64,000 nucleotides of DNA from Lama glama (lineage: Eukaryota): NCBI GenBank assembly GCA_028534125.1, contig CM052818.1:25174001-25238000 (forward strand). The letters run 5' to 3'. Under the pieces are notes generated by a model. It ran no database searches. It worked only from the letters and a program-made list of their open reading frames with translations, and was not told where the DNA came from. Position numbers and translations under genes: made by a program. Positions 14,001 to 25,462 of this stretch are shown in pieces; the stretch's first letter is position 1, and every line of letters starts with the position of its first letter.

Positions 14001-14489
14001 ACATTTGTGAAGCACCTACTATAGTTCGGACAACTTTTTCATAAATCGATGGTAATAATTCTATCAGTTATAATAATCAGTTTATCAGTTAATTAATCAG
14101 TTAATTATCAGCTTAGGATACTCTTTACTGTAATAACTAAACTAGAACATATCAGTGGAAATTTTATTTCAGCTTCATGTAATAGTTTAGCAGATGAGAT
14201 GTTCAGCTTTCTTTTGATGACTTGGGGACCCAGACTTAATTTTCTGGGGCCTCACAGTGTCATGTAGCCAGCTGATAGGCAAAGAAATAGTGGGAAAAGG
14301 ACACATTATTTTTGCTAACGTTCCATTGGCGAGAACTGGTCTCTTGGGCACATCACACTGACTGGGAATTGTTGTCTTTTGGCTGAATAATTGCCTCCCA
14401 CAAATAACTTCCACACTGTGGAAGGGACAGCATGGATTATTTGTGAATGGCTGGCCGGCTCTGCCACAGTAATAATGTTGATAGGAATT

Positions 14490-14985
14490 GGGCATTGGTT
14501 TCCTGTGGCTGCTGTAGTAAAGTACCACAAACTTAATGCCTTGAAACAGCACAGATTTATTCTCTTAAAGTTCTGGAATTTAGAAGTCCAGAGTTTCATC
14601 AGGTCAAGATTAAAGTGTTAGCAAGGCTTCACTTCCTCCTTGTACTCTAAGGGAGAATATTATTTCCTTGCCTTTTCTAGCTTCTAGAGCTGCATTCCTT
14701 GCATTCCTTCATTCTTGGCCTCTTTCTCCATCTTTAAAGCCAGCAGCACAGCATCTTGCTCCTTGCCTCCTTATAGTCAAGTCTCCCTCTGCCTCCTCTT
14801 ATAAGAACACTTGTAATTACATTTAGGGGCTACCAAGATAATGCAGGATTATCTCCCCATCTCAAGATCCTTAATTTAATCACACTTGCAAACAACCCTC
14901 CCCTCCCCCCCGCCATGCATGGTAACATTCACAGGTTTCAGAGATTAGGGCCTGGATACTTCTGGGGCCATAATTCAGCCCACTG
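14490..14985 (-). mobile_element. MaLR LTR, MLT1D-like
   Basis: ggctgctgtagtaaagtaccacaaactta...ccttgccttttctagcttctagag...tctccccatctcaagatccttaattt. Confidence 0.85.
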
Positions 14986-17297
14986 CAGATGGTTAACATT
15001 TATTAGGTGCTTAATAAGTGTCATGTTTATTCTGAGAATTTTGTATGTGGAAGTTTATATTTTTCTGCCTATTTACATGGTTTATTCATGATCTACTCTA
15101 CTTGCAGACTTGCCTGTTTTCCTCAGTTAAGTTTTGTTTTTATTTTTACCATTTTCTGGAAGATATATTCTTCACATTAGTGTCTAAAACTTTCATCAAA
15201 AAATCCTAGACTCTCAGAATTGGAAAGAATTTTGAGATTTTCTAGTCTAACCATTCTGCTTTACAGTGTTCAATTAGGTATGTTAGGATTTTTTTTTGGA
15301 GAGGAGGTGCTGTTACTTTATTCTTTCAAGTATATTTCTATTGAGCTTTGAAGAAAGTCCTTTAAATCTACTATTAGCCTTCTTTGGATTATTAATGTCT
15401 CAAACTGCTTTCTTTTTTCCTACCGTTTTTCAGTTACCTTTAAAAATCAAGTCGTGGATTTTTTCCTCACAAAAATATTGAATTTAATAATTTGGCCATT
15501 CTCATAGTCATGTGGAGATAACATGGTAGGACAAAAGGGATGCACTTTGGATCAACAACATTTCGTAGAAAAGAGGTAGTTGAAGGCCACCCGTAGGTTT
15601 TAGTAAAAGCACAGGAGTAGCAAATAAACAATTGTATAAAACATACTAATAATTAGATGAAATTAAACCAAAAGCAAATGCTCCTGATTTAGAGTTATCA
15701 TGTAGAGGAACTTTGCACTGTCATAGATTCATTCAGGCAGCAGTTTTACTGTTTGCATATTAGATGCTAGAGGACATAACATTCCAGTGAGGACATAGAC
15801 TTACAGACATCGAGGTAGTGTCATGAGGGCTAGGATTCATACAAAGATCACTGTAGACATGATGCTTGCAGGTGTGAATAACAGAAACCACAGCTCAAGA
15901 TGGCTTTTAAACAATATAGGGAGTTTATTGGTCATGTATAAGAATATCTAAAAATTACAGAGGCAGATGAGGCTTCCTGCTGTAGCTCAGCCACTTCATC
16001 ACGTGCCTTCCTCCTTCCCCCGTTTTCCTGTTTCTCCTCGTGCTTTCTGCAAATCAGCTTCATTCTAAAGCTGGCTCCCTTTGAGGTTGGATGGTGACCA
16101 CTGACAACTTCAGGGCTACCCCAGGAAGAGAGCTGCTGTCCTCTAACCATCAAACTAAAGTCCTAAAGTTCTCTATGACTAGAGCAACTTTGATCTCATG
16201 TAACCCTTTCACTGGATTGGGGGAAAGTATAATTAAGAAGCAAGTGAAAAAAGCAAAATTTAGAACTTTCAAAGTATTTAGTATATCCCTAAAAAATGGT
16301 ATTAGTCTCATTATGGCTTTATTATTTCTACCTTGGAGTTTTCTTAATATACTGAAAATCAGGAATTCTTACTGGTGGGATGTGAACCCAGAAGAGGATC
16401 CTAGTTTAATGATTTTCTTTTGAAATTTTGGAGGCATAAAAATGTCCTGTTCTCCCTTTGGAGGTCTTTGATTTTGTACTTATTTCATTGCAGAAAATAA
16501 GAATCTGACACGCTGTCTCTTCTCCATTACTTCTTCTCTTGTAACTGGGATAGTAAGGTGGGTTTTGATCTTGGATTCAGATGGTTCTTGGTTAGGCTAT
16601 TTCATGTCTCAGTTACATTTACAGTAGGAACATACCAAGACCAGAAATGTCAGAGCTTGCCGTAACAGCCTCTTATTTATGATTTGAGATTTATTTTGGA
16701 AAGTCTTCTTTACTTTGCCACTAATGTACATTTAATCAGGCTATTCATAGTATACAATGCTTTAAAAAACTGAACTAGATACAAAGCTACTTTGATTTAA
16801 GTGTAAGCACTTCCATGTGTTCTGTTTCTGCATAGTCTCTGGTTTACCACATTTGCATTCATGCACTTCTGTTTCTCTCTATGACAAGTGTTCATTCAAG
16901 AGCCATAGCATGTGATAGTGCTATAGGATTGCCAGATCTAATCTTGAAGGATTTGGGCAGAGAGGAGTAAAATGAGAGAGATTATTTGCTAATTGTCTGA
17001 CCAGGCTAAAATACAATCCCATTCTGTATTCCAGCATAGCTGGAACAAGGCACTCAAATACAGGATAGGCCTGGGTATGTGGGCCATCTGGTAACCCAGT
17101 GCTGGTAGAGAACAGGCTTGTCAGCTCTACAAAGAGAACTGTTGAGGTACATTTGATATTCTTGGTCTATAAGGTTTCCTGCCCTAACTTAAAAAAGAAT
17201 TACTTCTTTGTGCAAAATTATACTAAATATTATCTAGTAATAAAGGAAAACGTGCATGTTTTCTAGTGAATTATATGATGATTATGTCCAAGGCATA

Positions 17298-17556
17298 ATA
17301 GTAGTAAAAGCAAGTGCTTACCTAGTGCTTACTCTGTGTCGGATGGCCTTCTAAGCATTTTATATACATTAGCCCATTTAACCCTTCCAACAGCCCTGTG
17401 AGATGGGTTATTATTATTTTTATCCCCATTTTACAGAGGCAGAAATTGGCACAAAGAGGTCAGGCAGCTTGCCCAAGTTCACACAACTTAATAGGACAAA
17501 GTTGGGATTTGAAATCCACATAGTCTGGGAACAGAGTTTATGCTTTTAATCACTGA
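17298..17556 (-). mobile_element. MIR SINE (antisense)
   Basis: ccctgtgagatggg...atccccattttacagaggcagaaa...cttgcccaagttcacaca...gggatttgaa. Confidence 0.85.
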
Positions 17557-17682
17557 ACTTTGTTAGGCAAGGATTGAAATTGTCGTTAAAAGTAATATCA
17601 ACATTATTTATTATGTTTTGAAACAAATTGACATTTTGAAATTGACCTCCTAAATACTCAACATGCTTATTTTTTATTCTAG

Positions 17683-17773
17683 GAGAAGACTTTGCAGTTG
17701 TGCAGCAAGAAATTATTATGATGAAAGACTGTAAACACCCAAATATTGTTGCTTATTTTGGAAGCTATCTCAG
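17683..17773 (+). CDS. MAP4K3: MAP4K3 exon 3: (G)EDFAVVQQEIIMMKDCKHPNIVAYFGSYL(R)
   Basis: ttttattctag acceptor; AG|gtacat donor; alphaC helix and HPNIV motif. Confidence 0.97.
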
Positions 17774-18756
17774 GTACATTGTTTGTTTCCCTTATGAAAA
17801 TGAGTAATAATTTCCATCACCTAATTCACTTAACAAAATAAAGTTAGCTCTAATACCATGTTTCGTAGTTTTCTTCATGCTTTGAAGATATTTTCATACA
17901 AGTGGAATTTTTGTTTATGACCTCTTTATGTTAATTCTGTAACCAGTATCACAACCTGTGATTTGTCTGTCATACCCTTGGGAATTCTGGATGTGGTTTC
18001 AGTGAGGAAGCTGGCTAGTAAAAACTGACTTTCATGGTTAGTCTTCCTGTGGTAGACTAGAGATCTAAATATGCCACTCTGTTGCCCCTTTCTCCTAGGC
18101 TTGGGTGAATTTAGGAAGCATATCTGTTGTTTTTATTAGAACCTTTTTTTCTTTTGTGCTTCCAGCCTCAGAGTATTGCATCATCCCTTCCCTTCATTTG
18201 GTCCAAAGGACTAGAAACTATAATTATTGCACTAACATCTTATTTTCCCAGGTCCTAAAGTGAACTTAGAAAGACTGAATTTGCCGCCTCTTGTTTTGGT
18301 TTGGCAGGACCAAGCCAAGTTCCCCAGGTCATATTCCCCAGGCGAATGACCTCAGGGTCAAATCTTGTGTTTCCATTCAATTATGAGTTGAACACTGTGA
18401 ACTTGTTATTTTCAAGGTTCCTTCAATAGGAGGAGGATTGGAGAATGTTTTCTTATGTATGTAAATACTGCTCTGTTTGGTTCCCAACAAAATGACCCTA
18501 CTTAGACTCATTTGGGAGAAGCATTATAAAATTTTCTTCCCCCAAAGGCAAACAGGTATTTTTTAAAAGAGTTTTTGTGTTTCCCCAGGGACATTGAACT
18601 GAGTATTTCTCAAACATGATCAGGATCTTCTAGAAGTATGGGACTATGCAAAGCCTAACATTAAAAAAGAATATTCAAAATATAATCAGTATAGCCCCAT
18701 CCATTTACATAGCAGCCTTGGTGTGATGAAATGAGCATAGTCTTTTTGCCACAGAG

Positions 18757-19035
18757 ACAATAGTGTAGTTGGTAGTTTAGAGCTTGTGTCCTGGAGTTGG
18801 ATTGTTCAAGTTGGTTGAGTCCTGACTCCATCACTTATTAACTTTGTGACTTACAGCAAATTACTTAACCACTAACCACTCTGTGCCTCCATTTCCTCAT
18901 CTGTAAAATGAGGATAATAATAATAGATACATGATGTGATAGCTGTAAGGGTAATGGGTAAATACAAGTAAAGTGTTAAGAAGAGTGATTAGAACATAAT
19001 AAATTCTCTGTAAATGTTAATTACTATTACTATGA
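18757..19035 (+). mobile_element. MIR SINE
   Basis: tgtgacttacagcaaattacttaacc...ctctgtgcctccatttcctcatctgtaaaatgaggataataa. Confidence 0.85.
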
Positions 19036-21487
19036 TTATTATTACTGCTCAGCTATTTTTTTTAATACAGTCAGGTTAGTACCATATTCAATCTTTTCAA
19101 CAACACTGTTAGCAGTATTACTCTATGGTAAATATTATTTCCATTTTACAAATAAGGTGTTTGAGAGAGTTTCACATCAAGTATTTAGTTACAGCCTCAT
19201 TTCAAGTTATTAACAGAGGAGGGTCCTAGTTCTTTCTGTGATGTTGCACTCATGGATCACATGACTTTTGACTTGGCCTTTCTACTTCCTTACCAAAAGA
19301 GCTGACCAAATAAACTTCCAGCACCTCACCACCCCCTACCCCACACCCTCCAAAAAAAAAGAAACTAACGCTTAACTAAACTGGACATTAGACTTTCTGG
19401 GTTACTTAGGCAAAAGCCTTCCCACACAGGTTATGCAGCAAAACATTTGATCTTGTTACTGGAATGTAGAATTCCTTTTGGGTTTGTATCCATTTTTGTT
19501 GAGACTTGAGGCAAAATAGCACATCTCTGTAGTAACTATACTCTTTAAGCTTAACTTTTAGACATGCTACGAGAGAGCCAATTTGAGGTTATGCCTAACA
19601 AGAATTGTACTTACCCATTTCCTGAAATCTAAAAATATTCTGATTATATTTTGAATATCCTTTTTTAAAGTGAACTTTTTAAATCGAAGCATAGTATATA
19701 TACAGAAAAGTATACAGATTTCTGTTTTGTGTTTAACTTGATGGATTTCTTTAGAGAGTACCTTTACTTTAATCCAAATATAAGAATATAAAGAGCAAAA
19801 TTGCCCAGAAACCATAGTGAAACAGACAAAATTAGAGTCTCTCTTTTTTTTTTTTTTTTTTTTGCCCAGTAGAGCTGTGTGTGTTTGGAGTTTTATGATC
19901 TAACCTAGGCATATTAGTTTAAATAGATGATTTTATTCTGTAATTGATGCAAGTGATATGAAAGCAAACAGTAGTATACTACAGAACAGCAACTCATCCT
20001 CTCTTTCTCTAGCTCTTTTCTTTTATAAAGTGTCTTCCCTGATTCCCTAATTAAGGTCCAGACTCAGCCATATTTGAAGTAGGGGTTAATGAGTAGCCTT
20101 GTGGGTTGTTGGAGCTGGAAGGGGCTCAGAGGTCTTGTCACTTAGCCCACTCTTTTGTACTGATGAGAAAGTGGAGTACTGGATAAACGACTTCTTGAGG
20201 TTATCTGTCTACTCATTGTTGGCCCTGGGATTTAAACCTCACCAGCAGTCTTTTGGTATGCTGTATTACTTAATCTGGGAAGGGCAGATTTAGTCTCAAA
20301 GTGAACATGGCTTCTTGGATTCTTCCTCATTACTCAATGATTTTACATAAGACAAGGAGCTTGTTTGTTAGAACTTGATACAAACACCCTAAAATATATT
20401 CTGTTCTTAGTGACTTTCTTCCTTCTTTTTGCCATCACAGCCTGCTGTATCAAATTTAGACCAAAAAAATTGAGGAAGTTAATGTGGTGTGACCATTAAT
20501 AAATTTCCCCTCCAGGAAATCAGACTAACCCTGTGAATTTATGGAGTAAATGACCAGCATATAATTAAGTTTAGAAGCCTATATTATAACAAGGTAGCTA
20601 TGCTCACTTCTCAAAGAAATACTGAGATTGAGCTCCTATGAAACAACACCTAGTATTCTTGATGGGGCCTTCCCTACCTGTTCTTCAATATCATTAAAAG
20701 CCTATGTTTATGAATTGCCTAATTACACATACTATGCAGTAAGAACTGGATAGACAAAACTTTTCTCTGAAAGTTTAAAATTTAAATAGTCTTGGTTTGG
20801 TGTATACTTTTATCTGTGTATTTCTCTGTGTGTATTTATAAAACAACAGATTTAAATCATCATAGAGCTATTCTTTATTCCTAGTAGAGCTTAACTATTA
20901 CTTCTTTTAAGCAAAGAATGATTTTAACTTCAGATTTCTTCTAAGCTTTCCTTAGCCTAGTATAACCTTTAAGAATAAATTAAGAAAATTGAGTTATTCT
21001 TTTCTAGTTTGAACTCTTAAAATTCTGCCTAAATAAAAGAAATGATCCTCAAAAGATAAGCCACTGGAAAATCAGATCCATACAGTAAAAAGAATTCTAT
21101 TTAGATCAGCTGTTTTAAACTTTTGAAATCAGAGTACTAGTTTAGATGAGCTTAATTTAGCTCAGAATGATAACATACTTGTAAATCATCATCATTTACA
21201 AAGTGTTTTTACATTATTTCTTAGGATGTATAGAGTGCTGTATTTGGAGATGTTAAGATAAATAAAACAATCCTTGCCTATAAGGAGCTTATTATTGAAT
21301 AAAAGAAATAGTCATGAGCAAATAATTGCAGCATAATATGCTAGGTCCAGTAATCTTGATGTGAGGTACAAAGCAGTAAAGAGGGTAGAATATCTGATTT
21401 TGTCAAACTAAGGGAATCGAAGAAAGCTCTATGAATGGTGTGATTCCCAAATATTAAATGTTAAAGGATTAGTAAGCATTTACTGTA

Positions 21488-21515
21488 GTGTGTGTGTGTG
21501 TGTGTGTGTGTGTGT
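21488..21515. repeat. (GT)14 microsatellite
   Basis: direct reading. Confidence 0.95.
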
Positions 21516-22027
21516 ATTTATAAAATCTTAGTTTTTGACAAAGGAAATACATGCATGAAAAAACCATGAAGTGTCCAGGAGACAGCTAATAATCTCGTAT
21601 TAGACCTTAAGGGGAAAGGGTGTAGTTTCAGTGTATAAGGCTGTGGAGATGTAGGCAAAAAAGGAACCTTTTGTGCCTTATTTAGGACCTGTATGTACCG
21701 AGTATACTTGTTGGAAAGTTTTAACATAGAGGTAGTTTATTCTATGAAAGATGGACTTGGGTTATAGGAGATTGAGACAGGAAGTCAGTTAAGTCTATTA
21801 CAGTACATTTATTACAGTAGTCCAAGAAAGAGGTGGTAGTCTCTTGAGTTATGTAAAAAGTGGGGGAATTTTTTTTTCTCAACCCAGAGACAGGACTTGC
21901 CAGGAAAACCAAAGGATCCTAACTGGAAATGCCTTTTTGAATGCTCACCCTATGAAAATTAAAATTACAGTTAAGTCAGTTTAATTTATACCTAGCTACC
22001 CTCTTTTTAAAAAAAAAACAAACAAAC

Positions 22028-22240
22028 TTAATTTTAGAGTGTGTTAGATTTACATAAAAGTTGCAAAGATAGTGCAGAGAGTTCTCCCAACTTTCCCTAG
22101 TATTAACATCTTACATAACCATGGGACATTTGTCAAAACTAGGAAGTTAACCTTGGTACAATACTGTTAGCTAAACCGAGATACTCCATTGGGATTTCAC
22201 CAATTTACACTAACATTCCCCTTTGTTTTTAGTTTTCTGT
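22028..22240 (-). mobile_element. L1MC-like 3' end (antisense)
   Basis: ttagatttacataaaagttgcaaagatagtgcagagagttc...aacatcttacataaccatgg. Confidence 0.7.
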
Positions 22241-22277
22241 TTACACTGATACAAACCACATTTGCTTCCTTCAAGTG

Positions 22278-22340
22278 CAGTAGTAGTTGTAGTAGTAGTA
22301 ATAGTAGTAATAGTTGTTGTTGTTGTTGTTGTAATAGCAG
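22278..22340. repeat. Compound (TAG/TAA)n(TTG)n trinucleotide repeat
   Basis: direct reading. Confidence 0.85.
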
Positions 22341-22351
22341 TTACTTCAAAT

Positions 22352-22490
22352 GCCTTGTAGGGTGGTTAGCACTGTCCCTGGCCTCTACTAGATGCCAGTA
22401 ACGGCTCCCCAGTTGTGACAACCAGCAATGTCTCCAGACATTGCCAAATGTTTATTGAGGGGCACAGTCACCCCCAAGTGAGAACCACTG
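22352..22490. mobile_element. MER20 (hAT-Charlie) fragment
   Basis: ctagatgccagta...cagttgtgacaaccagcaatgtctccagacattgccaaatg...tgagaaccactg. Confidence 0.85.
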
Positions 22491-22659
22491 CTTTAAAATG
22501 AAAAAATCGGTGCAACTACCTTATGAAATTCCTCTTTATGCCAGTGTTTTCTATAGAACATTGGCTCTGAGGGATGCTAATATGTGATTTGAAAAAAATG
22601 AGTTTATGGAAAAAATAATTTGGGGAAGTAGTGAACCAAACAAAATTAGAGAAATCCTG

Positions 22660-22852
22660 TTTCTTCTCTCTCTTCTTGATCCTCCCTCTCCCCTCTGCTA
22701 CTTTATCTCTTTTCCCTCCCACTCTCCCCTTCTGGACTTTCTCCACCTTCCTTCTACCCCTCTTCTCTTCCTCCTCCTTTCCCTACATTTTCGTCTTTCT
22801 CCAACACCTCCTCCTTCCCTTTCTTCTTCTATTCTGTCTCTATCCCTCCCCC
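22660..22852. repeat. CT-rich low-complexity polypyrimidine tract
   Basis: direct reading. Confidence 0.8.
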
Positions 22853-24548
22853 ATGGCAGGATTTCTCAGAGCCCTTAACATACCAGTGGCATCGTTAGTT
22901 TCCAAGAGACTATATATAGTATATGACATTTCTAAAACTGATTTAACTGTGCAGTGATTTCTTTTTGGAAGTATACTTCGTATAGGACTGTTGTCCAGTG
23001 ACCCAGCCTTGGGAAAATATGCTGAATTAGGGGGTTTTAGGTATAATTATAGAGAAATAGGTCACCTTGTATCCCCTAAACTCAGAGCTACCTCTCATTG
23101 TTAAAGGGGAAGCAGATCATTGGGTTACATGTAAGTCTTTGAAATGTAGTAGTTTTTGCATATCTGTTTAAAAATGAACCCAAAACATTTTATGTTTACC
23201 TAACATTAAGTTATTCTAAATTAAAACGTCTAGCAGTTATCGAACCTTTAAATTTTCACTTTGACAGTTGAGGTTCAAGTTTAATTATTTTGCTGAATAT
23301 GGTGGAGTAGCCATTGGCAAGTGCTGTGGTCAGCAGGATAACCATCAGTAAAGTACAGGGATCAGGGGACTGCAGTGTGGGCCATGGGTTGGCATCCTGT
23401 CCCGGGGAAATGACGTGGTATGCTAGTTTCTAGCAGACATTCTAGAGCTGTTTATTCTTGGTGATCATGCTCCCATTTTATTTTACTTTTTAAATAATAT
23501 TATATTTGGGCAAAATATACAAATAATTATACTTCAGTCAGTGTAGGAAGATTAAAAAAGTATGTTTTAGAAATGATAAGATTTTTAATTTAATGAAATA
23601 ATTACTAGAATGTTTGTTCCTATAGCTCTAGTAAACATTGAACTAGAAGATGAAAATAGTGAACTTTTTCCCCTTTCGTTATTTTTCTATTCCTTGTCAG
23701 ACAGATAATTTCTAAGAATAAGAAAAAATTATTCCAAGAATTTGTTAAGTCAGGGAATTAATAGTGTACACTGAATATTTACCTCAGTGATTAATTTTAT
23801 TTCAATTAAAAAACTCAGAAACAAAGATTTTATAATTCATTGGCCTGCATAAAATGGGCTGGTTTGATTCAAGCCCTTTCCTATTAGGCAGATGGCTTGG
23901 TAAATGACCAAAAGCAAATGCAGATTTACCATAGCAAGAGACACATTCACGGAACAGATAGAGGTCATTTTTCTAATAGACTCTGAATATTCATGCTTTC
24001 TTGACAATACTAGACTTAACTAAATAGAATGTTATAAAGGTAAAGTATTTTAGGCATCTTAACAATAAAGTATTAAATATGTAATTATGATTTTTTTATT
24101 TCTCATTCTGTAAATTGGAAAGTCATTTTACATAGAGTGAGTAGAAAATTGTGTTTTTAAGCAAGGTGGGAAAGATGGGTAGACCAGCTTCAAGTAGAGG
24201 ATAGTACGTAAGAAAGCAGAGAACTAATTTCCTGCATCCATTTTCTTTACGAAGGAGAATTGTTTTCAAACTGGAAGCGTAGGGAAAGCATTATTAAGAA
24301 AGAATTGAAGTGCAGATAGGTGAGTAAATAATTATAGAACAGCTAGACATTTTAAATGAATCTAAGTTTTTAGACTTACATAAATTATATTTCATTATTA
24401 TACGGAAATTTAGCAGAAATGAGCATTATCCTCTATCAGTGAGTGTCTTTTGATAAACAGGCGATGTGTCAGAAGATTAGGGATCAGCGTTGATCAGTTC
24501 GCAAAGGAAAGGAAAAGGTGAGTTCTAGAAAATACAGACCTTTAAACT

Positions 24549-24556
24549 TGACGTCA
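24549..24556. promoter_or_regulatory. Perfect palindromic CRE (TGACGTCA)
   Basis: Exact motif within a CpG-retaining patch; function untested. Confidence 0.4.
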
Positions 24557-24629
24557 GTCATCGGTCCCCAGTAAACATCTAGGATAAATTATTAGTCAGA
24601 TAACTAGCGCTTATAAAAAGGAAGTGATT

Positions 24630-24746
24630 GAGAAAAAAATGTGACAATGAGTGTGTATATGTCCATGAATGACTGAAAAATTGTGCTGAACACTGGAATT
24701 TGACACAACACTGTAAAATGATTATGAATCAATAAAAAATGTAAAA
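24630..24746 (+). mobile_element. Very short 5'-truncated young L1 3' end with a 15-bp TSD
   Basis: Closely matches 7519-7635; flanked by aaaaaggaagtgatt at 24615-24629 and 24747-24761. Confidence 0.92.
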
Positions 24747-25137
24747 AAAAAGGAAGTGATTAGCATAACTTTAGTAAGAAGTTGTGTCAAATCAATCATA
24801 TCTGTCTTCTACTTTTTTTCTTAAAAAAGAAAAAGTCAATTTTACTTATTTACACGTTCACTGAGTTCCAGGAGCAGTTTAAGGTGCTTCACATAAATAC
24901 ACGACAAGATAAAACAAAAAAAGTAGAAAACAGCTTACGTTTATTGAGCTTATATTGTAGATCCTTTACTAAGCAGTTTCCTTGTTATTTCAGTTTATCC
25001 TAGGCTGACCCAAAAACTACCATTCAACCACTTTTTGTAAGACGTGAGGAGTCTCCGCTGCCTGTTCCTTAAGCACTCAGGGCAGGTATTTTACATGAGA
25101 GATTCATGTGTGGCAGATGTGAAAATATTTTAGAGGG

Positions 25138-25462
25138 GTAGTTCCCAAACATTTTGGTCCTAGAACCCCTTTTATTTTATACTCTTAAAAGTTATTGAGT
25201 ACCCCAAAGAGCTTTTGTTTATGTGGGTTATATTTATTGGTATTTACTGTAACTAGAAATTAAAACAAAAATTTGAAACAATACATTTTCCAGTAGCTAC
25301 CAGAAGGATGACATCATCATAACACTTCCTGTCACCTCTGGAAAACTACACTGTATCCTCAAGAGAGAGAGTGCAAAGGGCAAATAATTTTTTAGTGTTA
25401 TGACCTTGCTGATCCCCTCAAAGGATCTCAGAAGCCCCCAGATCACACTTTGAGGACCACTG
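25138..25462. mobile_element. Charlie1-derived hAT element (MER119-like)
   Basis: actcttaaaagttattgagtaccccaaagagcttttgtttatgtggg...cacactttgaggaccactg. Confidence 0.75.

Noticed and set aside
1..17682. Numerous 60-130 aa ORFs in intron 2
   Set aside because: Low-complexity F/L/I-rich translations, many overlapping repeats, with no recognisable domains
22189..22401. ORF with poly-Ser and poly-Cys tracts
   Set aside because: Translation of the (TAG)/(TTG) microsatellite between L1MC and MER20 fragments
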